A DNA stretch of 63,865 bases, counting the filler, from Circinaria calcarea (taxonomy: Eukaryota): the NCBI GenBank assembly GCA_051942165.1. It is 3 parts of 3 records of this genome, joined end to end, with 100 filler letters (N's around TTAATTAATTAA, not from the genome) between each part and the next. Parts side by side here need not be neighbours in the genome. Positions count along the whole stretch, not along the records: positions 22,044 to 43,859 come from JAVECS010000137.1; 2 more parts are not named here. The stretch is one strand, 5' to 3'. This document shows, in pieces, positions 25,951 through 37,458 of this stretch. A model generated the notes under the pieces. It had not been told where the DNA came from, ran no database searches, and saw nothing but the letters and a program-made list of their open reading frames with translations. Each line of letters starts with the position of its first letter. Within the stretch, counting starts at the first letter, position 1. Made by a program: the position numbers and the translations under genes.

Positions 25951-27120
25951 CGCATTCTTGTAGTAGAAAATAACTTAATTAACTAATACATTCTTAAGCG
26001 TAAGCTTATTATGAAAAAATTCGCCGTTACTACCGCTAATTACGGCCGCGAAGCTGTTGAAGCAATTAAGAAAACAGAATTTAACGTCATTCTAACAGAT
26101 TAGGAAATGCTAGTATTGGACGGTAACAGAGCTACGCATAAGATTTAAGCGTTAGAAAATACACCGCAGCAGCTCTGATAGACATATCAAGCCACTGAAC
26201 AAGCGAAATACAGCCAATGTTCTAAGGACAATATGCCTATAGATAAAATTCTAGTTATCAGGATTACAGCCAACGTCCGAGAAGAGCAGATTAGCGAGAT
26301 GCTAGCAGCTGGTATAGACAAGGCTGCCAATAGTGCAGCCGGTGCAGTGCGGAGCACTACACTGTCTTGGTGGTGCAGAGCTCTGCACTGCACCGGCGCA
26401 CTGCCAAGGCTTCATGTAAATAGCGTAGTGGACTCCAAACGAACAGATATACTGTAAAGAATGGTGCCCCCTCTTGCTACTGTGAAGACTATACCGTAAT
26501 CACTATACATTCCAACCCTCTGCCCATTCCACTCCACCCCGTAATACCTTTATAATTATAACCCATCTCTTCTATGGTCTATAAAACCTCACCCATAGCC
26601 TGCACTTCCGGACTTAATGCGCGGAGAGAGGAGAGTCGTAGTTCATTGTATTAAGCGTTCTATAAAACACAGAAATTAATAGCTATTCCGTCTAATCAAG
26701 GTGGACTTACATCAGGCGAATTAGTGAAGATATTACTCCGATTCCAAGACCTTAAATATAGTAATCTATCCGCTATTCAATATATATATTATTAAAGCTT
26801 GCGGCTCGGGAATTATTACGGCGTTAAACTTATATTTAATTATCACGACTATTTTAGGTGTGGTGTTTCTATAAATTACACGATATATCGTTGAAATCTA
26901 CTTAATCCGGCTTAATTTCAGGGTCAAAGAACCTTAAATTTTAAATTTCCCCACCACAAATCTCCACCTAATAATAGATTTTAATTAATACGCACTACAC
27001 TGGCTGCACTAGCAGTACAATACACACTGCACCGTGAACTGTTAAGCCGCACTGCACCGGCTGCACTATTGGCAGCCTTAGGTATAGATAATCTGGTTGC
27101 GAAGATTACTGAGATGTGCC
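25951..27120 (+). pseudogene. RIP-degraded response-regulator receiver domain (hybrid histidine kinase C-terminus) split by a MITE
   Basis: Reads RILVVENNLIN*YILKRKL...TTANYGREAVEAI...FNVILTD*EMLVLDGNRATHKI*...ITANVREEQISEMLAAGI|DNLVAK once 26319-27080 and one TSD copy are removed. Confidence 0.85.
26319..27080. mobile_element. Non-autonomous hAT-type DNA transposon (MITE), 762 bp
   Basis: ~34-bp TIRs (caaggctgccaatagtgcagccggtgcagtgcgg / ccgcactgcaccggctgcactattggcagcctta) with an exact 8-bp TSD GGTATAGA at 26311-26318 and 27081-27088. Confidence 0.92.
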
Positions 27121-27156
27121 TATAGATAAAGAAAGAAATTTAAAAAAGAACGTATC

Positions 27157-28009
27157 TCACTGCCTAGGCTCTGCAATCAACATAATAGCTTAATCACCTA
27201 CTTAATATCCCTAACCCGCGAAATACGTTCGAAGCACTGGCTTAAAGGCCTTCTCCATCGCCTTTTGCTCCTTATGTCCATGATACCAAAGACCCGTTAA
27301 TACTGACGCAGCTGTCTCTGCCCGCTTATCAACCATAGAGTGGCTCTTGGGTAGTCCTCTGAGCTGTGATGTAAATATGCTCCTCCTGGTCTCCGGTTGT
27401 GGGCATGAACGTATGCTTTTCCACACTGCGAATCACAAGGCCGGTCTGCTGGATAATCGCGAGTAGCCCCTTTGTCGTGATCAAAGTGAGTGTGACGGTA
27501 GTATTCATAAAAGGCGCAGTGTATCCTTCCACATAATCGGATGTCACTCCCTGCATGGCCTCTCCGCCGCGATATCCCTCGGGGTCGATCGTTCCCAAGA
27601 TGAAAATTCCACCCGGGCGTAGCCACAATGCCATCTTGAAGAGCATGAAATAGATAGAATGGTACGGGAGTTGAAGTAACGAAAGGATCGAGATCACAGC
27701 GTCGAATCTTTCACTCGGAGCGTATTCAGTCATGGAGACTTTCAAGAATGATCCAGGAATATGCTTCGTGCAGTAGTCCACCATCTTTTGAGAAATATCA
27801 ATACCGGTGACTCTGTATTCTTGCTGAGCAAGATAAGCAGCTGGTCCTCCGGGGCCGCATCCTACGTCCAGCACAGTTGATATAGATTCATGATACGATT
27901 TTAATCCATCTAATGCTCGATACAGGCCTTCATTCCCTTTAAAAGCATCTTCGTATGTATCTGCTATCTGGTCGAAAAGCTCTTCTGCGGCATTAGGATG
28001 GTGAGACAT
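27157..28009 (-). pseudogene. Internally deleted paralogue of the tandem methyltransferase (first MTase domain still open, 27329-28009)
   Basis: MSHHPNAAEELFDQIADTYEDAF...VLDVGCGPGGPA...TAQRTTQEPLYG* aligns to the 32324 gene. It is followed out of frame by that gene's C-terminal remnant, VLTGLWYHGHKEQKAMEKAFKP...VGD*AIMLIAEPRQ*. Confidence 0.85.
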
Positions 28010-28087
28010 TGTGCGGCGGGCTGTCAAAACTGTGGATTTACTTGGAAGGATAGCAGGGTCTGAACGGAGAATTTATGGCGGGCTCAA

Positions 28088-28267
28088 GGTCGTCCAGTTG
28101 GGCTTGTCATCCAGTTGGGTTTGAGATCATTCTGTTGGGCTTAGGTCATCCATTTACTCCTTCTTGCGTTGTCCTCCAATAATGTTCCCACAGCCGGGGG
28201 TCCGCTTTCGGAGAGGCCCTGAGGTCATCCAGTTACTCCTTCTCGCAGTGTCCGCCAATAATGTTCC
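28088..28267. repeat. Short tandem/direct repeats upstream of the methyltransferase paralogue
   Basis: gtcatccagttgggc-like units and two ~45-bp copies of ggtcatcca.ttactccttct.gc..tgtcc.ccaataatgttcc, each with a CCAAT. Confidence 0.7.
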
Positions 28268-29284
28268 GACACGTTTGCCGCTGTATGAGAAGCACGTCGC
28301 ACGTCATGCATCCGAGTGATGCCTTTTAACCATTAGAGTCTCCACTTCCCGCGGCCGCTCTCTCTGCATCAGGCATGCTGATCCTTCAATCCTTCAGGAT
28401 TCCCTTTTAATCCTGTAAGAGTATTATTACTAATAACTTCGGCACGGGTCGAAACCGACAGCCGATATAATAATTACTAATTTGACGCCGAACAGACCGC
28501 CTCCGCTATAAGATTCTATACATTATCCCTTAAAGGGTTGCTCATACGGACAGAACCGTGCGTTCCTTGGCTACAAGGTTTGGATTGGTTAGCTGGGCTG
28601 GCACAGACCAGTATTTAGTCTGTGTAAAAAATGCACGGACCTGGATGTCTGACTAACGATTTAAGGGATACCAATCTCACCGCATGCAATCTAAAAGTAA
28701 TATATTATTTTGCTGAGGGGCACAAGCGCTTACAATTTGAGACTGTTTTGAGGCATTTTGTAAGCACGTTCCTTGAGCACTAACAAAGCTCTGACTTTGG
28801 CGGCGTTATACTAACACAATTTACCCCGAGTACTATAGTAACTAGGGTGCATCACTGCATATCTTAGTGTTATTGAATAATTAAATGATTCCGTCGCTCA
28901 TGTTGCGCAGGGCCTTGGTTTTGTTTCCAGACAGGCATCGTTGTCTATGCATGCATTCTAAAGTCACAACGCTCGTTCCTGACCGGATTTACGCCGAGCG
29001 TACCGGGGTTTACCTTAGCTACCTTATGATCGGGATAGCATCAGTCGGCCACTATAGTGTTTTCAACAATAAGTATTCTCATATGCAGAATCGGCGTCGT
29101 TTTCTGTGTGCTCTGAAAACAAGTCTCTTGTGGAGCTCATTTGTGCTCAATCTCAGCATTAGGCACAACTTGTGTATAAAAGCCCGTAACCTGTGAGATG
29201 AGCCAGAAGCTATACAGTCCGTACTATGGTACGATCAAGCCAGGTACACCATCAAACCACCGATGCTCTTCTCGGCGGGAAGGC

Positions 29285-30075
29285 ATGCTGAGCGATCTCC
29301 TATCAGCTCCACGAGCACCTGTCCAAGCCCCAGTCGAGCCTCAGTGGACGGTCGAAATTGGTATGTCACACCCAAGCCCCCACATTCCTCTAACACCTGC
29401 TAATTAACATGACCCGCAGTGCTTTCAACAATGCCGCACCGACCCGCACACGACACGACCTCGCCTGTGCCTTTCTTCCATCTCATCGAGCGGCTGAAAA
29501 CCACCAAACGCACCGGCTGGACCAATGTGGGCATCAAGAACGGCGAGTCCATCTCGGACCACATGTACCGCATGGCGATCCTGGCCATGGTCGCCCCAAC
29601 CACCATCGCCTCGCGCATCAAAATATCGCGCTGTGTGCAGATGGCACTTATCCACGACATGGCCGAGTCGCTGGTCGGCGATATCACGCCCGTTGAGGGC
29701 GTGAGCAAGGCCGAGAAGTCGCGCCGCGAGTCCGAAGCCATGGACTACATTTCGGAGCGGCTGCTGGGTCGTGTGCCGGGACTATCGGGGCAGGGGATCC
29801 GCGAAATTTGGCAGGAGTATGAGGACAACGAAACGCTCGATGCGCATTTTGTGCATGATTTGGATAAGATTGAGCATGTACTCCAGATGGTCGAGTATGA
29901 GCGGAAGCACGAGGGGCACAAGGATCTGGGGGAGTTCACCTGGATTTGCTCGCAGATAAAACTGCCCGAGGTGAAGGAGTGGTGTGACGCGGTGCTGGAG
30001 GAGCGGAGGCAATTTTGGAAATCGGTAGGTAAGGAGCCGGAGTGGAGAGACGAGAAGAAATCCAAAGAGGTGTAA
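29285..30075 (+). CDS. HD-domain phosphohydrolase, HDDC2/YfbR-like 5'-deoxynucleotidase family
   Basis: Motifs LKTTKRTGW, ESISDHMYRM, MALIHDMAESLVGDITP, WQEYE and DLDKIE. Intron at 29361-29419; an alternative upstream in-frame ATG is at 29198. Confidence 0.92.
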
Positions 30076-31149
30076 TCTCTTGTATCTATAGCATTTTGGG
30101 ATCTGGCGTACGGTGTGCTAAAGCTCGTCTGCGGGCTGGTTAATTAGCGGGCAAAAAATGTGCCTCCAGAAGAGGAGACTGGCGAAGTGTGGTTCATGTT
30201 TATGAAGCCCTCTGGGTGCTCGATGCTAACTTTTCTATCTCAGCCATTTCCCCTACAGCGACCTATGTATGAGTTTCACGATCCAGCGTTTGTGAAGGTG
30301 AGACCTTGCTTCACCTACACCTGCTTTTGCTGCGCCGATGTTTGCCTGGACCATCCGAACAGAGAACTGCTAGTTAAAAAGAATTTAAATTAGTTCGTCT
30401 GCCTTTGAGTTCCATTATCTTCAAATTCTGATATGTACTCATGCGCACGGGTCCGTTCGCGGGAAGATATAGAATACCGTAAGGTTTCTGGTTATATACG
30501 GCTTCTGGTGGCAAGTGCAGGTGATGCTATTGTATGTCGATGGGAGGCAGAGGATCAGGTCAATGCGGTTACGCAGCTGTGACAGCAACATAATAATGCG
30601 TCCGGGGATAGCGTAGCTGATAGCCTCGATAGCCCGCTTCAACGTAGCATCAGTCTCCCCAAGCCGTGTCCTGCCGTTCCTACAGAATCACAAATTTGTC
30701 AGTCGAAAGGAGCAACTCGACAAGCTCCAGCAGAAGCTGTTCACCCACCGGGACAGCCAGAGAGTCAGCGCTAGTTGGACTCGGGGCTGTAGGTAAGACG
30801 CAGGTGGCGCTATAGTTTGCATACTGGACGAAGGAGCACCAGCCGGAGTATTCTGCCGTGCAGGTTAATTATCCAAATGCCAATACTTGCGGAAAATCGC
30901 TCATGGTCTAGAATTAGAGTAGCTTCAGTCCCCCACACCAAAAGCGAAAGCAAGGGCACGCGCATGTTCATGCCCTCAGCTAGCGAGATGAAGTGGAGGT
31001 TCGCATATGCGACAATCAGCTATTTATTTACAAAACACTTGGCTTAATCGCCCAAAGCAAACTACGGATATAGTTTATGCATAAAGATGGGGCAATGTCT
31101 GAATATGGATAATCGGGTTGGCGAAAGTGTCCGATGGCTTTCTGAGGCA

Positions 31150-31344
31150 TATTCTGCCATGCAGGTTAAGTGTCGGTGTGCGAATTAATTCTACAATAAC
31201 TCGGTTGATCCATAAGCTGCTGCCCCACTCATTCTTCCCCATGCCCTGTGCTGCGGACGTGTAAGCTTACCCCAGACCATGCGCGATTTTCTGCAAGTTA
31301 TAGAATTAATTCGGACACCGACACTTAACCTGCACGGCAGAATA
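31150..31344. mobile_element. Small TA-flanked MITE-like inverted repeat element
   Basis: tattctgccatgcaggttaagtgtcggtgtgcgaattaattcta (31150-31193) is the near-perfect reverse complement of 31301-31344. A further partial TIR copy is at ~30849. Confidence 0.7.
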
Positions 31345-31749
31345 TTAGTAGCGGAAAAAGCACCTTTTAGAAAAGTATCCTGATCGACTGACATCCCAGC
31401 GCGCGCTTACTATAGCATACCGAGCACACGGATAGGTAGCCTAGAATAGATATACTCTAGCCTACATACGTTCTAGATCTGAGAACTACACGTCAGACCT
31501 GCTTTCTTAAAAATCGTAAGGGCTACGGAAATTACTTTAGATACCCTGTGCTGCGGACGCGTAAGCTTACCCCAGACCATGCGCGATTTTCTGCAAGTTA
31601 TAATATTAATTTGGACACCAACACTTAATCTGCACGGCAGAATGTTAATAGCGGAAGGAACACCTTTTAAAAAAGTATCCTGATCGACTGATATCCCAGC
31701 GCGTGCTTATTATAGCATATCGAGCACACGGAGCACACGGATAGGTAGC
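31244..31749 (+). repeat. ~200-bp direct repeat pair (31244-31440 and 31544-31749)
   Basis: Both copies run ccctgtgctgcggacg..taagcttaccccagaccatgcgcg...gagcacacggataggtagc; differences are mostly transitions. Confidence 0.9.
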
Positions 31750-32323
31750 GGAGTCTGTAAAGCTGCTAGAGCATGTGATGGTAGTTAGTGCGAAAGTGGA
31801 CGCTGGAGCCGTTTTAATTTCCGTTGTTATGGCTGTTCAATACCCACGGCCATGTCAAGCCAACATCTGCAGTAGTAGCACGTTTTAGAAGTATAATTTA
31901 CTACAAGGAAGCGGGGGAAGGGGTTCCCTACATAATGAGAAGCTTCTGCTATGCAGTCATATAGTATTGACAAATTAGAAGTCTTGGACTTGCGTTAGAG
32001 GCGATTTTCAGAGTAGCTCTTATCGAATAGGCTCCATGAATAGTGGAACGGGTGAAAGGCTCAAGCTTCCTGCAATCAAGGAAACAGGGAGCGACGATTG
32101 ACCAAGGCAGCGAGTTCGGAGTTAGAAAGCTATTGGGACGGTTGCATACATGGTTATTGGTAGTGAAATTTAATTAATATATATATATATCTAGTCACTT
32201 CAAACCAAGATTCACGAGGCATTACATCCTTACATTTGGCTTCTCTCAAAGTCTTAATCTTGAACTTCACAGACCACTCGACCTCTCGCATATCGTCAAA
32301 ATACCCTTCACTAGTTGTGCAAG

Positions 32324-33932
32324 ATGGCTCCTCATGCAGACAATGCGGAAGATCTCTTTGACCAGATTGCGGAGACGTACGAAGACGCGTATGGTGGCAA
32401 CACCGGCCTAAACAGAGCCCTTAACGGATTGAAAGCTTATTATGGCGCGGGTGCAACTGTACTCGATTGTGGTTGTGGTGCCGGAGGACCAGCCTCTTAT
32501 CTGGCCAAGCAGGGATTCAATGTTACTGGTATTGATATCTCCGGTCGAATGGTGGATTTCTGCGCGAAGAACATCCCAGGAATCTTCGAAAGGGTGTCCA
32601 TGACCGCGTATGAACCAAAACAGCAATTCGACGCCGTCATTTCCATGTTCTCTACCTTTCAGCTCTCCATGCGCTCTCAATATTCCATGTTATTCAAGCA
32701 GGCCTCCTGGCTCCGTCCAGGGGGTGTCCTTCTTTTTGGAACCCTGGCCGCAGAAGATATTGTCGATGAGCAAACCCTTAAAGGACTGAAGGGTGATTAT
32801 ATTGAGCAATACGAAGTAGAATTCATGGGAAGGAGCCTCCCTACTACCTATATCACCAAGAAAAGGCTTCTGTCGATGGTGCAGGAGACCGGACTCACTA
32901 TCCACAATGTTGAAAAGCACATGTTCGCTGCTAAAACCGGAGAAATGTTCGATTACCTCTATATCACAGCCCAGCGAATCACTCTGGAGCCTCTTTACGG
33001 CCCGTACCCACACCCTACTGTCAGGCGCATCCCCCACTTACTGAGCCAAAGTGCTTGGGTTCCCTTCGCCTCCAGACTCACACGTCATGAGTTCGATGCG
33101 ATAGTAGAAGCCATTTCCGGAAACAAGAACGTGCTCGATGTGGGTAGTGGCCATGGCGGTGAGCGCTTCCTAGATTAGTCTCCTCCGGCTAAGTGAAGAT
33201 TATAATTGTGTCAGGTACTAACGCTTGTCAGATCTTCCTGTCGCTATCGCCAAACGCATTGGCAAAGCTTCTGCAATTGAACCAAATGCTGACAGAAATG
33301 CGTTGCTTACGGCTAGAGGCGCAGGCAACCCCGTCGAGGTTAGAGGAGGTAGTGCTGAGGATATTCCCTACAAGGACGGCGAATTTGACGCTGTTGTCGC
33401 TTGCTGGATCTTGCACTACGTCACCGACTTAGAGAAGTCGCTCACCGAAGTAAGTACCGCGCTGTCTACGAATACCTACTGTACGAACGCTAAAAACGTC
33501 AAGATGGCAAGGGTGGTAAACGCCCAGGCACCTAATGCGCGTATCGTTATCGTTCAGGGCTCACCCGACAACGAGGTTGTCAATCTCATCAATCGGGTTT
33601 GTGCACCGATCGCAGAGAAGGCGGGTCTGGAGGGGTCAGCCTACGACCACCAAGGTTATCTTCTGGCTGAATGCGCCCGAATCTTCACAAGACACGGTTT
33701 CGGAAAAATTACTCTCAAGAGGTCTAACGCTTGGGCTAATTTCAAATCCGAGCCTCTGGAGAAGCGCATCGAAGAGGCTGCTGAGGTGTTGACCGGGTTC
33801 TGGTATTTTGGACACCCAGAGCAGAAGACTATGGAGAAGGCTTTTGTACCAATACTGCAAGAGCAGTTTGCTGACAGGGACTACGAGGTCGGTGACCAGA
33901 GCGTCATCCTGATCGCAGAGCCATCGCAGTGA
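32324..33932 (+). CDS. Tandem two-domain class I SAM-dependent methyltransferase (~490 aa)
   Basis: Two motif-I loops (VLDCGCGAGG and VLDVGSGHG) with matching motifs GIDISGRM, FDAVIS, WLRPGG and GSAEDIPYKDGEFDAVVACWILHYV. Introns at 33159-33231 and 33450-33503; no stops after splicing. Confidence 0.9.
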
Positions 33933-34145
33933 GGCAGACGCAGACTTATGGTCAGATCTTGATCTTTCACTCGAGGCAAGCCGGGTAGCCAGCCATATAC
34001 CCTCGTATGTAAAATCCTGTTCCAAAACCAAAAATTAGCCGGGGAACTCCAAATTTTTAGGCCGTAGATTTTTAGAAATCCCAATCATCAATTACATGCT
34101 CAACACAGTCCCAATTGAATAAAATTAAAATTATTTTATTATAAA

Positions 34146-36050
34146 ATGGCTAAATTAACAACTACAAAAGCTAGTAAACGCAATAAATTGGTGACTGCGC
34201 CCAAATTCAAGCCAAAATCGACTTTCAGGAGGGCTCCGCCCGAAGAATCCACCCCCCATGCCTCTGCCAAAGCCCCTACACCTCCTCCGCCTGCTCCACC
34301 CCCTTATATTATTGACTATACCGTCGAGTTCAACGGCAAGTCCATCCTCCAGGGCGTCAGTACTTCCGGCGACTTCGATTTCCACGATTTTACTGTAAAA
34401 GAAGGGAGGGCCGTCGAAAAGGCAGCGGATATAAAAGGATATCAGGTCCACCGGCACTTAGACACGGCCATCATATCGTGTATTGATATAAAGAAATAGT
34501 TAGCCACTATCGACGGGGTGGAGGACTAGAAGAACATACGCAAAGTCACCCGGTTATGGGCGGAATAGAAAAAGAAGAACATCCAAATTAGCATACGAAT
34601 AATATATAGAAGTAAGAAACTCACCGAGTTTACTTCCTCTCCTCCAATACCTCCGCCCCCTTCTATTCCGCCCACCCAGGCAGCTCCGGTCAATACGACG
34701 AAATCGAAAAAGCGTCCGATACCAACAGAACACTCCGTTAACCTCTTATCTTCCTCCTCCAAGCACGACAGTCCTCCGTAGAAGAAGAACAAGCGGCTGT
34801 CGACAACAGAAAAGATGAAGAAGAAAGCGAGGAAGGAAAAGGCCCTAAATAAAGAAATAAATAAACTAGGGCATAAGCTATTTAAACGGTGGAGGTGTGA
34901 CAGCGGAGGCTGCGGCAATAAGACTCACTTTTGCTAACAGCCCCTGAATAGCGACGGGGCCCACTATAAGATATGGAATAAATACATCCGTGAGTGGATA
35001 CGTGCTATAAAGATAGGAGAGGCAATAATTGAGCAACCCACGACTCAATTAAAGATTAACCTATATTTAATAGATGCAGATAAGCGGGCGCATCAAAAGA
35101 AGAAGAAAAAGGAGGAAGAAACAAAAGTTACTCAGCCTATTCTTCCGCCAGCAACGCCAATGGCACCAGCAACACTATATACCTTTTTAATTCTTTCTTC
35201 ATTACCTCCGCCGAACCCATATTATTACCCAGGGGTGCCCGGTATGCTCTCCCCCTATTACGCACCCCTTATAGCGCCTCCCATTCTTCCTTACTACCCT
35301 CCACCCCCCTCATCAGGCTATTACCAGCCACCGATACCGTCTCTTCCTCCTCGTCTTCTTTCGAATGCGCAGTCGCGTTCTCCAATCGCGGAAGAACGAC
35401 AACAGCGAAACAATCCGGTACTGCTCGAAAGCGACGCAGGGAATCTCCTGCGGGAGTATTTCCTATGGCAGATACAGAGGCATCCAAGTCAGCAAACGAC
35501 ACTAGAAGAGGCATATCAGAAGCTGGAGACTCAGCTTTATGACCTCCGAAGCATTCACGACTTCAAGAAGGATGATTGGTCAGCATTGCGCATATTAATA
35601 GGCTTGGGGATTAGACTTGCCAAGGAAACCAAGCTTTTCCGCGAGCATCTTTCCACCCCTGCGCCAACACGAAGTCCGAGGAGAGGTGGAGCGGGAGGAG
35701 CAAGAGCAGAAACAAGAAGGGGAATGGATGAAGAAATGAGAGGGGGAAGGGTATACGAGAAAGATGGATACTACGGGTATGCTTCACCGCAGTATCCACC
35801 GCAATACCCACCTCTATACCCACCGCAGTAAAGCGCCTTAGCAGCAAGAACGCAGGATGATCTAGCTGCTGTGTGTATGGCGGAAACACCGCTCCAAATA
35901 CATAGCAAACGCGCGGAGGAAACAGAAACAGCAGACAAAGAAGAGGAAGAGGAGGACGAAGTTATCAGTATAACAGACGAAGACGAAGAGTCTACGTCCA
36001 TTGAGGGTGAAAGCGAGGAAGGGGAGGAAGCAGAACAGGAAGAAGAATAG
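34146..36050 (+). pseudogene. Transposon-internal accessory gene (Pro-rich, Cys/His motif, acidic tail) with RIP-type stops
   Basis: Reads MAKLTTTKASKRNK..., then RWRCDSGGCGNKTHFC*QPLNSDGAHYKIWNKYIREWIRAI (~34887-35010), then a helical block LLREYFLWQIQRHP...DWSALRILIGLGIRLAKE, YPPQ repeats and an E/D-rich tail. Confidence 0.6.
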
Positions 36051-36163
36051 GGCATGTAATATAGATTCATATATATAGTATTATATACAGTACACGAAGC
36101 AAATCATAATATAATCCTCCTCTTTCAATACCATGCCGTGCGCGCTCCACCCTCTATTCATTC

Positions 36164-37250
36164 CTAGTAGTCCTCCTCTTCTTCCTCGTCCTCCGCGTCA
36201 TCCTCGCCGTTGTCATCCTCCCAATCTTCCTCCAATTCGTCCACACCAATGCCGGCGTGGGAGAAGTGTCCCTTAGCGAAATGAGGCCCGCGGCAGGCTC
36301 GAACGGCTTCCTCTATGAAGAGGCGGAATTCCATGGTATCGGCGAGTTCGAAATGGCGTTTCATCTAGTGTTTGATGACCGAAAAGAGCTCCTCGATTGG
36401 GTTGTAATCGGGGGAGTAGGGAGGAAGGAAAAGGAGCAAAACGCCGGCGTTCTCGCAAAGAAGTCGAACTTCCTAGTAAATTAGTTAGTAAATGAGATAT
36501 ATAAAAGGAGAAGACATACCTCGGAGTGATGGATAGACGCATTATCTATTACTATAATAGATTCTGAACCCGGAAATGGGTTATAGCGAGGGAGGACTTC
36601 CTCTCGAAGAAACCACTCGAATCGAGTGCTAGTAATAGACCTCTGGTATAAATGATGGCAAAGGATGCCATCGATGGTGTATGCCGGCAACAAACTCCAT
36701 CTCTTTAACCGTTTAAGCGGCGTGTGACAGTAGGAGAGACTCCGAAAAAGCTTTACCTATATTTCCGGTCCTTCGTGTGCTCATTCGCAGCACTCTCGTC
36801 TGAAAACACGAATTGATAGGCCCCGTAGCGGCTTATCTGGAGGGTATAGCTGTCCCTCACCAGCTGCGATCTTTCTTTAGCTACCCGTTTCATAATTTTT
36901 CTATTAATCTTCATTCTCTTTAGGGCCCTCGAGACCGTAGACTGATCGACGACTATACCGAAGTCGCCGAAGTGATACAGCTGCATCTCATCTTGGTATA
37001 TTCATAGCTTAGCCTCCAAAAAGGCTCGTAGGCCAGCCTCCATCCCGGCAGTTAGTCGTCGAGGGCGTCCTAGCGAGGCTGCGGGCGGTGCGATAAAGGC
37101 TCCAAATATACGCACATTCGTTCGAATAGTGCGTACGATTCTATCAAATACCCCCTCCGTAACAGCAATCGCATCGGGGGTCCTGCCTGACTGGAGTAGG
37201 AATTAGATTCGTATTCGTTATTCGAGGGATAGGGGGCGAGGTATTGCGTA
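36164..37250 (-). pseudogene. DD34E transposase (DDE_3-type), inactivated
   Basis: HTH-like VDQSTVSRALKRMKI, then FVFSDESA, then IVIDNASIHHSE|intron 36473-36519|[27 protein letters not shown], giving 34 residues between D and E. Contains in-frame stops. Confidence 0.88.
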
Positions 37251-37458
37251 TCTATACAGCGTTAATATTAGTTCTAAATAAGGGCAAATTACTCACCGTG
37301 GGCTATTTCAATAATACAGCTTCAATTTAAACCAATTGGAGCTTGATTGCGCTGATAAAAATCATAAAATGATTACGTGGTGCACCTTTGAAAATGGGGG
37401 GGGGGGATTTCGCTAAAATTTTCGTTTTAGAACAGGATTTTACATATGGAGGTAACGT

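Larger units (their letters stand above)
34000..37452. mobile_element. Tc1/mariner (IS630-Tc1, DD34E) DNA transposon with a second convergent ORF, RIP-damaged
   Basis: TIRs ccctcgtatgtaaaatcctgttccaaaac and gttttagaacaggattttacatatggagg, each flanked by TA (33998-33999, 37453-37454). Confidence 0.88.

Noticed and set aside
30439..30790. Possible minus-strand gene fragment within the candidate cluster
   Set aside because: It has multiple stops and no recognisable motif, so no call can be supported.
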